Part shown: in pieces, positions 20,227-29,400 of the stretch
Position numbering within the stretch: the first letter of the stretch is position 1
How the letters are laid out: the number at the start of each line of letters is the position of its first letter
Assembly: GCA_965204795.1 (NCBI GenBank)
Contig: OZ242012.1
Span: 595,639-659,638 of the forward strand
DNA: 64,000 nucleotides
Direction of reading: 5' to 3'
Source of the DNA: Thermodesulfobacteriota bacterium
Lineage (GTDB): Bacteria > Desulfobacterota_D > UBA1144 > Nemesobacterales > Nemesobacteraceae
Program-made: the position numbers and the translations under genes
The notes under the pieces: model-generated
Told to the model about the DNA's origin: nothing
The model's database searches: none
Seen by the model: only the letters and a program-made list of their open reading frames with translations

Positions 20227-20284
20227 AACTAAAAATTCATCTTCAAAGTCTCCGGCGGAGAGTCCCACTCTGCGAGGCGGGAAA

Positions 20285-20635
20285 ATGATACGGGTAACAG
20301 ACGAGATGCTTCGAGACATGGTGAAAGTCATAGTGGATGAAGTCGACCCCGAGCAGGTGATACTCTTCGGTTCACATGCCCGCGGCGACGCGTCCGCGGA
20401 CTCGGACGTGGATTTTGTCGTTATTGAATCGTCTCCGTTCGGAGCGGGCAGGGACCGGCGTCTTGAAGCTGCGCGTCTGTGGCGCGCGCTGGCGGATTTT
20501 GACGTTCCAAAGGACATTCTGCTGTACAGCGGCGACGAAGCTGAGTACTGGCGCGACTCTATCAACCATGTCCTCGCGCGCGCACTTCGCGAGGGGAAAA
20601 TTCTCTACGAGAGACCTTCAACCGATGAGGCTTAA
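20285..20635 (+). CDS. Nucleotidyltransferase (MNT/Pol-beta superfamily) domain protein
   Basis: GSHARGDASADSDVDFVVI motif, 116 aa. Its 3' end overlaps the rluB-like start by 12 nt. Confidence 0.8.
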   Translation: MIRVTDEMLRDMVKVIVDEVDPEQVILFGSHARGDASADSDVDFVVIESSPFGAGRDRRLEAARLWRALADFDVPKDILLYSGDEAEYWRDSINHVLARALREGKILYERPSTDEA

Positions 20636-21380
20636 CAGATTTCTTTCCGCCTGCGGCGTGACGTCGAGAAGAAAGGCCGACAACCTGATAAACGCGGGGC
20701 GGATTACCGTAAACGGCGAGGTAATCCGTACTCTGGGACATACCGTGGACGAGTCTTCGGACACCGTGCTTCTCGACGGAAAGCCCGTGCGTCCCGAAGA
20801 AAAAAGATACGTGATGCTGAACAAACCTCCCTTTTACCTCACTTCGCTGAAATCCATGGAAGACGGGAAGGAAACGATAACGTCTTTTCTCAAGGGCATA
20901 AGACAGAGGGTCTATCCGGTGGGCAGGCTGGACTACGACTCGGAAGGGCTTCTGCTTCTAACAAACGACGGCGAGCTCGCGAACAGGATACATCACCCGA
21001 AGTACATGGTCGTGAAAACCTACCTTGCGGAAGTCTCGGTAAAGCCCGCGGCCGGGCTTGAAGAAAAGCTGAAAAGGGGAACCGAGATCGAAGGCCGGTT
21101 CACCGAGCCCGACGCTCTTGAAATTCTCGACCGCTCCCCCCGGGGCGCGCGGATAAGCGTCTCCTTTCACGAGGGGAGAAAGCACCTCGTGAAGAAATAC
21201 TTCGAGGCGTTCGGTCTCAGGGTGACCAGACTCATGAGAATTTCCTGCGGCGACATAAGCCTGGGAGAGCTTCCGAAGGGAAAGTGGCGCGACCTCAGTC
21301 CCGCGGAACTTCGCGGGATACGGAAAATGACGGGACTTCTGTCCGTAACCGGAAACGGGACGCGGGAGGACGCGCCGTGA
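20624..21380 (+). CDS. rluB: RsuA/RluB-family pseudouridine synthase (S4 domain plus PseudoU_synth_2)
   Basis: MRLNRFLSACGVTSRRKADNLI S4 N-terminus, catalytic GRLDYDSEGLLLLTNDG. The longer listed ORF (from 20376) overlaps the MNT gene, so an internal start was chosen. Confidence 0.8.
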
Positions 21381-21991
21381 GATTCTTTACGCTGGAGGGC
21401 ATGGACGGGAGCGGCAAGTCGACCCAGGCGGAGCTTCTGGTGCGGTATCTTCGCGGAAAAGGACGCGGGGTGGTTCTCACTAGGGAACCCGGCTGCGGGA
21501 AGCTCGGAGAAGTCATAAGGGATGCGATTCTGGAGCGAAGGGACATCGAGCTTGAGCCCTACGCGGAGCTTTGCCTTTTCTGCGCCGACAGGGCACAGCA
21601 CGTGAGGGACTTCATAATGCCGAAGCTCGAAGAGGGCGTTACTGTCGTCTGCGACAGGTACTACGATTCGACCGTGGCTTACCAGGGATTCGGAAGGGGC
21701 CTCGATCTGGATCTCGTCTCCCGCATGGCCGAAGCCTCGACGCTCGGGATAAAACCCGACATGACGTTTTTTCTCTCGCTTCCGCCCGAAAAGGCGCTTT
21801 TGAGACTCAGGGAAAGGGAGAAGAATTCTGAAAAGAGCGACAAGATAGACGAGGAACCGCTCGAGGTTCACGGCAGGATAGCCGAGGGATACGCGAAAAT
21901 CTCCGAGCGGAACCCCTCCAGGATAAAGCTCATAGACGCGGCCGCCGCTCCCGAAGACGTCCACCGCCGGATAGTGAGCCACCTCGGCTGA
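21377..21991 (+). CDS. tmk: Thymidylate kinase
   Basis: GTG start overlapping the rluB TGA (GTGA). P-loop EGMDGSGKST, DRY motif, LID. Confidence 0.9.
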   Translation: MRFFTLEGMDGSGKSTQAELLVRYLRGKGRGVVLTREPGCGKLGEVIRDAILERRDIELEPYAELCLFCADRAQHVRDFIMPKLEEGVTVVCDRYYDSTVAYQGFGRGLDLDLVSRMAEASTLGIKPDMTFFLSLPPEKALLRLREREKNSEKSDKIDEEPLEVHGRIAEGYAKISERNPSRIKLIDAAAAPEDVHRRIVSHLG

Positions 21992-21998
21992 CCGCCGT

Positions 21999-22481
21999 TC
22001 AGTCGAAGTCCTTCGTTTTCTCCAGAAGCTCCTCCGCTCTTGGATACATGTAGACCTGCAGTATGACGCCGATTGCGGAAAACGGCGCTATCGCCCAGGG
22101 GTCCTTGCTTATGAACGCGAGCACGAACCCCAGCAGCAGCACGCATTCGTTCATTCCCCAGGGAACCACGTGGGGCAGAAGGAGGCCGTCGGAGAACTCC
22201 TCGAGTCTTTTTTCGGGCGAAAGTCCCCGGGTCGCGGCGAACTTCTTTCGAAGCGATTTTTCCGAAAGAGAAAACCTGTATACGAAAAGGGAGCCCGCGC
22301 CCAGCAGGATTCCGCCCGCGAGAAGGGCGGTTTTCACGGTTTCGCCGAGGGCGGGACGGTCCGCCTCGAACAGAAACACGGTCGCCGTGTACGCGAACAT
22401 GGCCAGCAGAAGCGCGAGCCAGACTATCACGAGGGCGCGCTGGTTTTTTTGCGCGAACGGCCTTCGGTTCTTGCGGTCCAT
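21999..22481 (-). CDS. Hypothetical integral membrane protein (4 predicted TM helices)
   Basis: 160 aa, hydrophobic segments; convergent with tmk. Confidence 0.5.
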   Translation of the reverse strand: MDRKNRRPFAQKNQRALVIVWLALLLAMFAYTATVFLFEADRPALGETVKTALLAGGILLGAGSLFVYRFSLSEKSLRKKFAATRGLSPEKRLEEFSDGLLLPHVVPWGMNECVLLLGFVLAFISKDPWAIAPFSAIGVILQVYMYPRAEELLEKTKDFD

Positions 22482-22510
22482 GGTCCGGGGCGGGGGGACG
22501 GGTACCGTTG

Positions 22511-22843
22511 TCAGGAAGTGATCTTCGCGAAAATAACGCTCAGCACTATGAGCGCCGCGAAAATCCCCATCATGTAGAAAGGAACGGTGGGGTCGTATCC
22601 TTTCTTTATGTTGGGAACCCTTTTCTGGGACCAGATCACGGGAGACTTTTCCGGTTCCCCGGGTGCTTCGGCCTCCCGCGAGGAGACCTGCTCCCGCGGC
22701 TGTTCCGCGGTTTCCGCCTCCCGGGCGGACGCTTCCTCCGCGACCGTCTCCTGCGTTTTCTCTTCTTCGGTCTCCGCCATCTCGGTGGTCTCCTCGGCGA
22801 TGCTTCGGTAGGAAATTATCACGCAGGGAGAGGAGAAAATCAA
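22511..22843 (-). CDS. Small acidic protein with C-terminal TM anchor; hypothetical (start uncertain)
   Basis: Glu/Ala-rich N-terminal region, C-terminal MMGIFAALIVLSVIFAKI. Confidence 0.4.
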   Translation of the reverse strand: MIFSSPCVIISYRSIAEETTEMAETEEEKTQETVAEEASAREAETAEQPREQVSSREAEAPGEPEKSPVIWSQKRVPNIKKGYDPTVPFYMMGIFAALIVLSVIFAKITS

Positions 22844-22881
22844 GCTTTCTCCGCGACCCGCACTTCGCGGGTCCGCGTTTC

Positions 22882-22910
22882 TTGAAAAGCCGGGGGCGTG
22901 TATTTATAAT
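22882..22910 (+). promoter_or_regulatory. Sigma70-like promoter for the rhodanese/Suf cluster
   Basis: TTGAAA, 17-nt spacer, TATAAT, located 57 nt upstream of the sseA-like ATG. Confidence 0.5.
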
Positions 22911-22966
22911 TACTCCACACTAAAGAGGCCGCCCGTGCATCGCGGCCGAACGGAGGTTTCATACCT

Positions 22967-23809
22967 ATGGCGGATTACGCTAACCCGGATGTTCTTGTGA
23001 GCACCGACTGGGTGGAGAAGCATATCGACGACCCCGGCGTCGTCATCGTCGAGTCCGACGAGGACATACTTCTCTACGAGATAGGACACATAAGGAATTC
23101 TGTGAAATTCGACTGGCAGACGGAACTTCAGGACCAGCTCGTTAGGGATTACGTGAGCAGGGAGAACTTCGAGGAGCTGCTTTCCGAAAAGGGAATATCC
23201 AACGACCACACCGTCGTCTTCTACGGGGACAGGAGCAACTGGTGGGCGTGCTACGCCTTCTGGACGTTCAAGGTCCTGGGACACGAAAAGTGCCTCGTAA
23301 TGAACGGAGGCAGGCAGAAATGGATCGACGAGGGAAGGGAGCTTGTGAAGGACGTTCCGAAAAGACCGAGAACCGATTACAGGGTCTCCGCGATCGACGA
23401 GTCCATAAGGGCGTTTCGCGACGACGTCATGGAGCACATGAAATCGAAAAGACCTCTCGTCGACGTGCGCTCCCCCAAGGAGTACTCGGGAGAGCTTCTC
23501 CACATGGAGGCCTATCCCCAGGAGGGCGCCCTCCGCGGGGGGCACATCCCGGGAGCGGTCAACGTTCCCTGGGCCACCGCGGCCAACGAGGACGGAACGT
23601 TCAAGTCCGCCGACGAGCTCTCCGAAATATACGAAAAGGGCCAGGGGCTCGGCAGAGACGACGACGTGATAGCCTACTGCAGGATAGGGGAGCGCTCTTC
23701 CCACACGTGGTTCGTTCTCACCTATCTTCTGGGATTCGAAAACGTCAGGAACTACGACGGTTCGTGGACGGAGTGGGGAAACATGGTGAGAGCTCCAGTG
23801 GAGAGGTAG
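22967..23809 (+). CDS. sseA: Thiosulfate/3-mercaptopyruvate sulfurtransferase (tandem rhodanese domains)
   Basis: Two rhodanese domains, active-site loop CRIGERS, 280 aa. Confidence 0.85.
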   Translation: MADYANPDVLVSTDWVEKHIDDPGVVIVESDEDILLYEIGHIRNSVKFDWQTELQDQLVRDYVSRENFEELLSEKGISNDHTVVFYGDRSNWWACYAFWTFKVLGHEKCLVMNGGRQKWIDEGRELVKDVPKRPRTDYRVSAIDESIRAFRDDVMEHMKSKRPLVDVRSPKEYSGELLHMEAYPQEGALRGGHIPGAVNVPWATAANEDGTFKSADELSEIYEKGQGLGRDDDVIAYCRIGERSSHTWFVLTYLLGFENVRNYDGSWTEWGNMVRAPVER

Positions 23810-23845
23810 GGAGGAGGCGCGTTTTTCATGCGGAAAAGAAGGATG

Positions 23846-23874
23846 CGGTCTTTCGGGGCGCGTCCTTTTTTTTT
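23846..23874 (+). terminator. Possible intrinsic terminator after the rhodanese gene
   Basis: Imperfect 9-bp stem (aaggatgcg / cgcgtcctt) followed by T9. Confidence 0.35.
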
Positions 23875-23888
23875 GAGACCGGGGCGAC

Positions 23889-24317
23889 ATGACCAGGCTT
23901 GAGAAAATAGTCGGGGAATTTCGGGAAGCGGACCGCCAGGGGATGATCGAGCTTCTGCGGGACTACTCCGAGGACCTGCCCGAGGTTCCGGGGAGGATTC
24001 TCGAGCGGATGGACCGCGACTCGAGCAGGGTGCACGAGTGCGAGACTCCCGTTTTCATATGGGTCGAGACCGAAAACGGTGCCGTCCGGATATTCGCCGA
24101 CGTTCCCGGGCCAGATTTTCCCACCGTGAAGGGACTCGTTTCGATTCTCGTAAACGCGTTCGACGGTCTTTCTCCCGGGGAGATCGAGGCCGCCCCCGCC
24201 GACTTCATCTCCAGCATGGGGCTCGTCGAGCTGCTCGGAATGAGAAGGATATGGGGAATTTCCGCCGTCTACTCGAGGATAAGGGACGAGGTGAAGAGGA
24301 TAAGGAAAGAGCCGTGA
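23889..24317 (+). CDS. sufE: SufE-like sulfur acceptor protein
   Basis: 142 aa with VHECETPVFIW (conserved Cys loop of the SufE/CsdE family). Confidence 0.65.
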   Translation: MTRLEKIVGEFREADRQGMIELLRDYSEDLPEVPGRILERMDRDSSRVHECETPVFIWVETENGAVRIFADVPGPDFPTVKGLVSILVNAFDGLSPGEIEAAPADFISSMGLVELLGMRRIWGISAVYSRIRDEVKRIRKEP

Positions 24318-24331
24318 TCGAGGAAGAGAGG

Positions 24332-24700
24332 ATGAACGTGATCATGGACCACTACGACAACCCGAGGAACTTCGGGGCGATGGACGACCCCACGGTTACG
24401 CTTCGGGGAGGCAACCCCAACTGCGGCGACAGCATAAACATCTACATGAGGGTGGCGGGCGGCGTGATAGAAGACATAAGTTTCGACGGAAAGGGATGCA
24501 TCATAAGCCAGGCGACGACGTCGCTTCTCTCGGAGTTCGTCAAGGGAAAGACGGTGGAGCGCGTGGGGGAGCTCGATTCGGACTACCTGAGGGAGCTTGT
24601 GGGAAAGGAGGTTCTGGTCACGAGGCCCAGGTGCAGCCGCCTCGCGCTTGAAACGCTCCTGTCGTGGACAAGGGAATTTTTCGCGGGAAAACCCGTCTGA
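24332..24700 (+). CDS. NifU/IscU/SufU-family Fe-S scaffold protein
   Basis: HYDNPRNFG...NPNCGD...DGKGCIISQA, three conserved Cys. ATG start with GGAAGAGAGG SD. The longer listed ORF (from 24038) overlaps sufE. Confidence 0.7.
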   Translation: MNVIMDHYDNPRNFGAMDDPTVTLRGGNPNCGDSINIYMRVAGGVIEDISFDGKGCIISQATTSLLSEFVKGKTVERVGELDSDYLRELVGKEVLVTRPRCSRLALETLLSWTREFFAGKPV

Positions 24701-24751
24701 TTTTGGTTATACTTAAGGCATCTGTTTAACGAAGACAAAGGAGACTCAAGG

Positions 24752-26086
24752 ATGAAAAACGGCAGACCCGACGAACTGGTTCTCGGCGAAAGGCTCGAGG
24801 AAGCGCTCAAGTACCCTCTTTTCGATTCCATATTCAACAGGCGTTCGAGAAGATTCGGACTGGGAATGGAGCTCAAGGACAGCACCCTCGAATTCAAGTC
24901 GGACTACGACCCCGTGCCGCTGAGCGAAATCGAGGAAGCGCTTCTGGTGTGGGCGGGCACGGGACTCACCGGAATGTGCCTCGCCGACCTTCCTCCCGAA
25001 AACGGAATAGACCTTCTCTGCCAGTGGACGGGAAGAACGTGGCCGTCCGCGTGCAACAACCACGGCACGGAGCTTTTCTTCACGAACGACGAGGGTCTGT
25101 ACCACGTGGACGTTAAGAACATGCTTCCGAAGGAAAGCGAGCTCGACATGTTCTTCAGCCTCTCGCGCGAGGAGAAGATCGCCAGGGTCCTTGAGCTCTA
25201 CAGGGAGAGTCTCAACAAGCTCGAGGACGGAAGGGCGGACATGCCCGACAAGATGCCGGGACTTTTCGAGTTCAACCAGTGGAACACCAACAAGCCCGGA
25301 ACCACGCTTTTCGTTCCCGTCACGGACGTAACCGAGGAGTATCTTAACCTTCTCACCCTCTACTGCTCCCACAGCTACGGGTTCACGATCATAGACGACC
25401 TCACGGGCAAGCCCGCGGGAGTGGGGAAATGGGTGGAGAAGGGAAGGCTAAAGGACGAGATCAAGCTCTCGCTCTTCGACCTCGAGGTGAGAATACTCAC
25501 GGGACTGAACGTCGAGCAGGCGTTCATAACGCAGAACATGGCCCTGGCCCTCCAGCCCCTGGGACTGGCCGGATGGGCGTTTACGGGCTTCATACCGAGG
25601 TTCGCGATGGGAGCGGCCCCGAACCTTTTCAAGGGACTCGGATTCCGTTTCATCCAGCCGAAAAAGGGCAGCATAGATCCTCCCACCACGGTTCCCGTCG
25701 GCAAGGACGGGGTGTTCGAGGCGTACTGTCCTCCCTACTACGAGAACATGGACTCGGCCATCGACCATTTCCTGGCCCACAAGTGGAAGGCGTGGGAATC
25801 CGACAAGCCTTTTCCGTACACCGAGCCCGACAGGCATCTCATGAAGGCCCCGAGACCGACGGACACCACCATACAGATCGTGAAGGACGTGGCAAACTAC
25901 ATCTACGACACCTACGGCAGGTTCCCCGCCTTCGTGGACCCCATGTACATGAGGCTCGTGTTCCAGGCCATGCACATAGACCTCGACTTCTACGACAAGT
26001 ACTATCCGAAGGGTTCGTATTCGGACAGGCACGTGAGAACCTTTCTTGAGAATCACCCGGACCAGGCGGAGCGGTTCGGAGAATAG
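24752..26086 (+). CDS. Uncharacterised 444-aa protein with nitroreductase-superfamily-like N-terminal signature
   Basis: Strong AGGAG SD. FNRRSRRFGLG and LVWAGTGLTG resemble the nitroreductase/SagB-like RRSxRxF and dimer-helix motifs. No other recognisable domain. Confidence 0.5.
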   Translation: MKNGRPDELVLGERLEEALKYPLFDSIFNRRSRRFGLGMELKDSTLEFKSDYDPVPLSEIEEALLVWAGTGLTGMCLADLPPENGIDLLCQWTGRTWPSACNNHGTELFFTNDEGLYHVDVKNMLPKESELDMFFSLSREEKIARVLELYRESLNKLEDGRADMPDKMPGLFEFNQWNTNKPGTTLFVPVTDVTEEYLNLLTLYCSHSYGFTIIDDLTGKPAGVGKWVEKGRLKDEIKLSLFDLEVRILTGLNVEQAFITQNMALALQPLGLAGWAFTGFIPRFAMGAAPNLFKGLGFRFIQPKKGSIDPPTTVPVGKDGVFEAYCPPYYENMDSAIDHFLAHKWKAWESDKPFPYTEPDRHLMKAPRPTDTTIQIVKDVANYIYDTYGRFPAFVDPMYMRLVFQAMHIDLDFYDKYYPKGSYSDRHVRTFLENHPDQAERFGE

Positions 26087-26141
26087 AGACCCTCGGGACG
26101 GGAAACCGAAAGCGTCTTCCGCGGTCGGGGGCGGAACTGCC

Positions 26142-27416
26142 ATGCGGGTAGCGATCATAGGAAACGGCGTAACCGGGGTTTCGGCGGCCCTCGGCGTCCG
26201 CAGGCTGCGTCCCGACTGGGAAATCGTCATGATTTCCGGAGAATCCGCCTTCCACTACTCTCGCCCCGCGCTCATGTACATATTCATGGGCCACATGAGC
26301 TACCGCGACACCAAGCCCTACGAAGACGGTTTCTGGCGAAAGAACCGCATCGGCCTCGTGCGGGGATGGGTCGAGAGAATAGACGCGGCCGCGAAGAAAC
26401 TCGTCATGCATAAAGGCGAGCCCGTTTCCTTCGACAGGCTGCTCATCGCCACGGGCTCGAAGCCCAACATGTTCGGCTGGCCCGGCCAGGACCTGGGGGG
26501 CGTGCAGGGTTTCTACGGCCTGATGGACCTCAGGCTTCTTTACGAAAACGTGAAGGGCGCCCGAAGCGCAGTGGTGGTTGGCGGGGGACTGATAGGAATC
26601 GAGCTTGCCGAGATGCTGCATTCGCGAAACATCCGCGTCACGTTCCTGGTGAGGGAAAAGTCCTACTGGTCGAACGTCCTTCCTCCCGAGGAATCGCGGA
26701 TGATAAACAACGTGATACGGGAGCAGGGAATAGACCTCAGGCTCCAAACCGAGCTTTCCGAAATAGTCGACGACGGTTCGGGAAGGGCGAAGGGGGTGGT
26801 CACCGGCTCGGGCGAGTTTGTCGAATGCCAGGTGGTCGGACTCACCGCCGGGGTCAGTCCCAACGTGTCCCTGGCCAGGGACGCGGGCGTGGGAACCGCC
26901 AGGGGAATTCTGGTCGACCGGAGTTTCAGGACGGACGTTCCCGACGTGTTCGCCGCCGGGGACTGCGCGGAGATAGTCTCGGAAGGAGAGGGCGGAAATC
27001 TCATTCAGCAGGTGTGGTACACGGGAAAGGCCCAGGGCGCGGTCGCCGGAGAGGCGATCGCCGGAGAGAAGGTGGTCTACGACCCGGGCGTATGGTACAA
27101 CTCGGCCAAGTTTTTCGATCTCGAGTACCAGACCTACGGAACGGTCCCGAGCTCGCCCTCGGAAGGGGAAAGCGTCTTTTACTGGGAGCATCCCGACGGG
27201 CGGCGCTCTATAAGGATGGTGACCAGGGAAGGGGCTCTTTCGGGCGTAAACGTCATGGGTCTTCGCTACAGGCACAGGGTGTGCGAGAGCTGGGTGGCCG
27301 AGGGACGGTCCCTCGACTACGTGCTCGGCAATCTCTCGGAGGCCAATTTCGATCCCGAGTTCTACGAGAGATGCGAAGAGGAAATGGTAAGGGAGATAAG
27401 GAGACAGGCCGCGTGA
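26142..27416 (+). CDS. FAD/NAD(P)-dependent pyridine nucleotide-disulfide-family oxidoreductase
   Basis: N-terminal Rossmann fold VAIIGNGVTGVSAA and second dinucleotide fold AVVVGGGLIGIELAE; FAAGDCAE near the C-terminus. Confidence 0.8.
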   Translation: MRVAIIGNGVTGVSAALGVRRLRPDWEIVMISGESAFHYSRPALMYIFMGHMSYRDTKPYEDGFWRKNRIGLVRGWVERIDAAAKKLVMHKGEPVSFDRLLIATGSKPNMFGWPGQDLGGVQGFYGLMDLRLLYENVKGARSAVVVGGGLIGIELAEMLHSRNIRVTFLVREKSYWSNVLPPEESRMINNVIREQGIDLRLQTELSEIVDDGSGRAKGVVTGSGEFVECQVVGLTAGVSPNVSLARDAGVGTARGILVDRSFRTDVPDVFAAGDCAEIVSEGEGGNLIQQVWYTGKAQGAVAGEAIAGEKVVYDPGVWYNSAKFFDLEYQTYGTVPSSPSEGESVFYWEHPDGRRSIRMVTREGALSGVNVMGLRYRHRVCESWVAEGRSLDYVLGNLSEANFDPEFYERCEEEMVREIRRQAA

Positions 27417-28807
27417 TGGAAGCGGACGCGCCGACTTACGACTTCGACGAGGAAGGTCTTGGATTCGGCGAGCCCGAAAAGGCTCCCGCCCCCGCCCTGG
27501 GGACGGGCGAGAAGCTTTCCCTGGCGTTCGTGGGACTCGGGACGCTCATGTTCGCGCTTCAGACCCTGGGAGCCCCGATCGGGGGCTGGACGGGGTTTCT
27601 GGCGGTGGTGGTTCCGGTCTTTGCGGGCGCCTCGGCCTACTTCTACCTTAGCTTCAGGGACACCGTCCCCGGGATAAAGCACGACGGCGTGTATTTCAGG
27701 GGGATAACTTCGCGGGGAGCCCTAGGCTGGATCGTGGGCGTCGTGTTCACGGGCTTCTACATTGCCATCTACTGGTTTCCCGAGTACCTGGCGGGGGGCA
27801 TAGAGATGGTGAACCCGCTTTCCATGGCCCTTTCGGGCTCTCCGGCCACGAACTGGTTTTTCTACGGCTTTCTCTACACCGTCGCCGTGTTCGTCTTCGG
27901 CGTCAGGATGTTCATGAAGTACAGGCACAACGGGTACCAGAAGATAAGAACGGCTTCGGTGATGTTCTTCCAGCTGGGCTTCGCCTTTCTCATTCCCAAC
28001 GTCCTCATGATGTTCAACCAGCCGGAGTTCTACCTGAGCTACTTCTGGCCGCTCAAGTACGACTATCTTTTCCCCGGCACCTTCGGGTATTTCGTGAATC
28101 ATCCCGGCGGTCTCGGCGTGTTTCTCATCTTCTGGGGAGCCGTCATGTCTTTTGTGGGAACGCCGCTTCTCACCTATTATTTCGGCAAGAGGTGGTACTG
28201 CTCCTGGGTGTGCGGCTGCGGGGGCCTCGCGGAAACGATGGGGGACCCCTGGAGACATCTCTCGGACAAGTCGAAAAAGGCGTGGCGGGTCGAACGCTGG
28301 ATGGTGCACTCGGTGCTGGTTTTCGTGGTCGTCACGACCGTTCTTCTGTGGATCAATTCGGCCAGCTCGGGCGCGGTGTTCGGCGAGGCGTCCATGTCCC
28401 TCAAGAAATGGTACGGTTTCTACATCGGGGCGATTTTTTCGGGAGTCATAGGCGTCGGTTTCTACCCGATAATGGGAAGCAGGGTGTGGTGCCGGTTCGG
28501 CTGTCCGATGGCCGCCGTGCTGGGAATCTTCCAGAGGTATCTCTCGAGGTTTCGCATTACGACGAACGGCGGACAGTGCATGTCCTGCGGGAACTGCTCG
28601 ACCTACTGCGAGATGGGCATAGACGTGAGGGCCTACGCCCAGAAGGGGGAAAACATAATCCGCGCGTCCTGCGTGGGGTGCGGGGTCTGTTCGGCCGTGT
28701 GTCCTAGGGGAGTGCTCAAGCTTGAAAACGGGGGAACCTTCAAGGACAGGTTCGCGGGGTCGGACAGGCCGCTGGGCGCCCTGATAGAATCGTTAAGACA
28801 CGTTTAG
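27416..28807 (+). CDS. Integral membrane polyferredoxin (NapH/RdxA/FixG-like 4Fe-4S protein)
   Basis: ATGA overlap with the upstream gene. Multiple TM helices. CSWVCGCGG, CRFGCPMAAV, CMSCGNCSTYCE, CVGCGVCSAVCP ferredoxin-type motifs. Confidence 0.75.
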   Translation: MEADAPTYDFDEEGLGFGEPEKAPAPALGTGEKLSLAFVGLGTLMFALQTLGAPIGGWTGFLAVVVPVFAGASAYFYLSFRDTVPGIKHDGVYFRGITSRGALGWIVGVVFTGFYIAIYWFPEYLAGGIEMVNPLSMALSGSPATNWFFYGFLYTVAVFVFGVRMFMKYRHNGYQKIRTASVMFFQLGFAFLIPNVLMMFNQPEFYLSYFWPLKYDYLFPGTFGYFVNHPGGLGVFLIFWGAVMSFVGTPLLTYYFGKRWYCSWVCGCGGLAETMGDPWRHLSDKSKKAWRVERWMVHSVLVFVVVTTVLLWINSASSGAVFGEASMSLKKWYGFYIGAIFSGVIGVGFYPIMGSRVWCRFGCPMAAVLGIFQRYLSRFRITTNGGQCMSCGNCSTYCEMGIDVRAYAQKGENIIRASCVGCGVCSAVCPRGVLKLENGGTFKDRFAGSDRPLGALIESLRHV

Positions 28808-28859
28808 TTCAAAAACAGACGCTTTCCGCATTTTAACGTATGGAGCGACGCTGGAAACC

Positions 28860-29309
28860 TCAGATGTTCAAAAACTCCACGCACTCCAGGCTTTCTTTTT
28901 TCCCCTTGTCCGTTCTTTCGAGTATCTCTCCGTTTTTTATGTCGAAGATGAAGGCCGATATTCCCGAAATTATCTCGAGATTGAACTCCATGAAGTTGTT
29001 CACGTATATCCTGGAATCCTCGAGTACTTCCTTCGGGTCCGCGTCCTCGGGGTCCTTCACCAGTATGAAATAGGCGCAGAGAAAGTCGGGCAGGTCGGGA
29101 TTGTGGGCGAACACCGCCTTGGAGTCGTACTTGAGAATCACGTTCTGGTTGAAGTAGCGCTGGTATCCCGCTATGAGCGGCTGGTTGAGATGAGACAGCG
29201 CGTAGACGATCGCGCACGTTATCCTGTTCTGGTTCTCGAGCATGAAATCCAGGGCTTCCTTGTTGAACTGCTCAAGGCTCTTTTTCATTTCGTCGCTGCT
29301 TCGCGGCAT
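28860..29309 (-). CDS. Hypothetical protein (149 aa) in a local low-GC patch
   Basis: Perfect GAAGGAGG SD 6 nt upstream of the ATG. No recognisable motifs. Confidence 0.6.
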   Translation of the reverse strand: MPRSSDEMKKSLEQFNKEALDFMLENQNRITCAIVYALSHLNQPLIAGYQRYFNQNVILKYDSKAVFAHNPDLPDFLCAYFILVKDPEDADPKEVLEDSRIYVNNFMEFNLEIISGISAFIFDIKNGEILERTDKGKKESLECVEFLNI

Positions 29310-29400
29310 GACAATCCTCCTTCGTGAATTTTTCCGTTAGTCGGACAGCGCCCGCCCGGGATTCGGGATGTAATATACCACAACCCGCCCGCCGGGCGTC

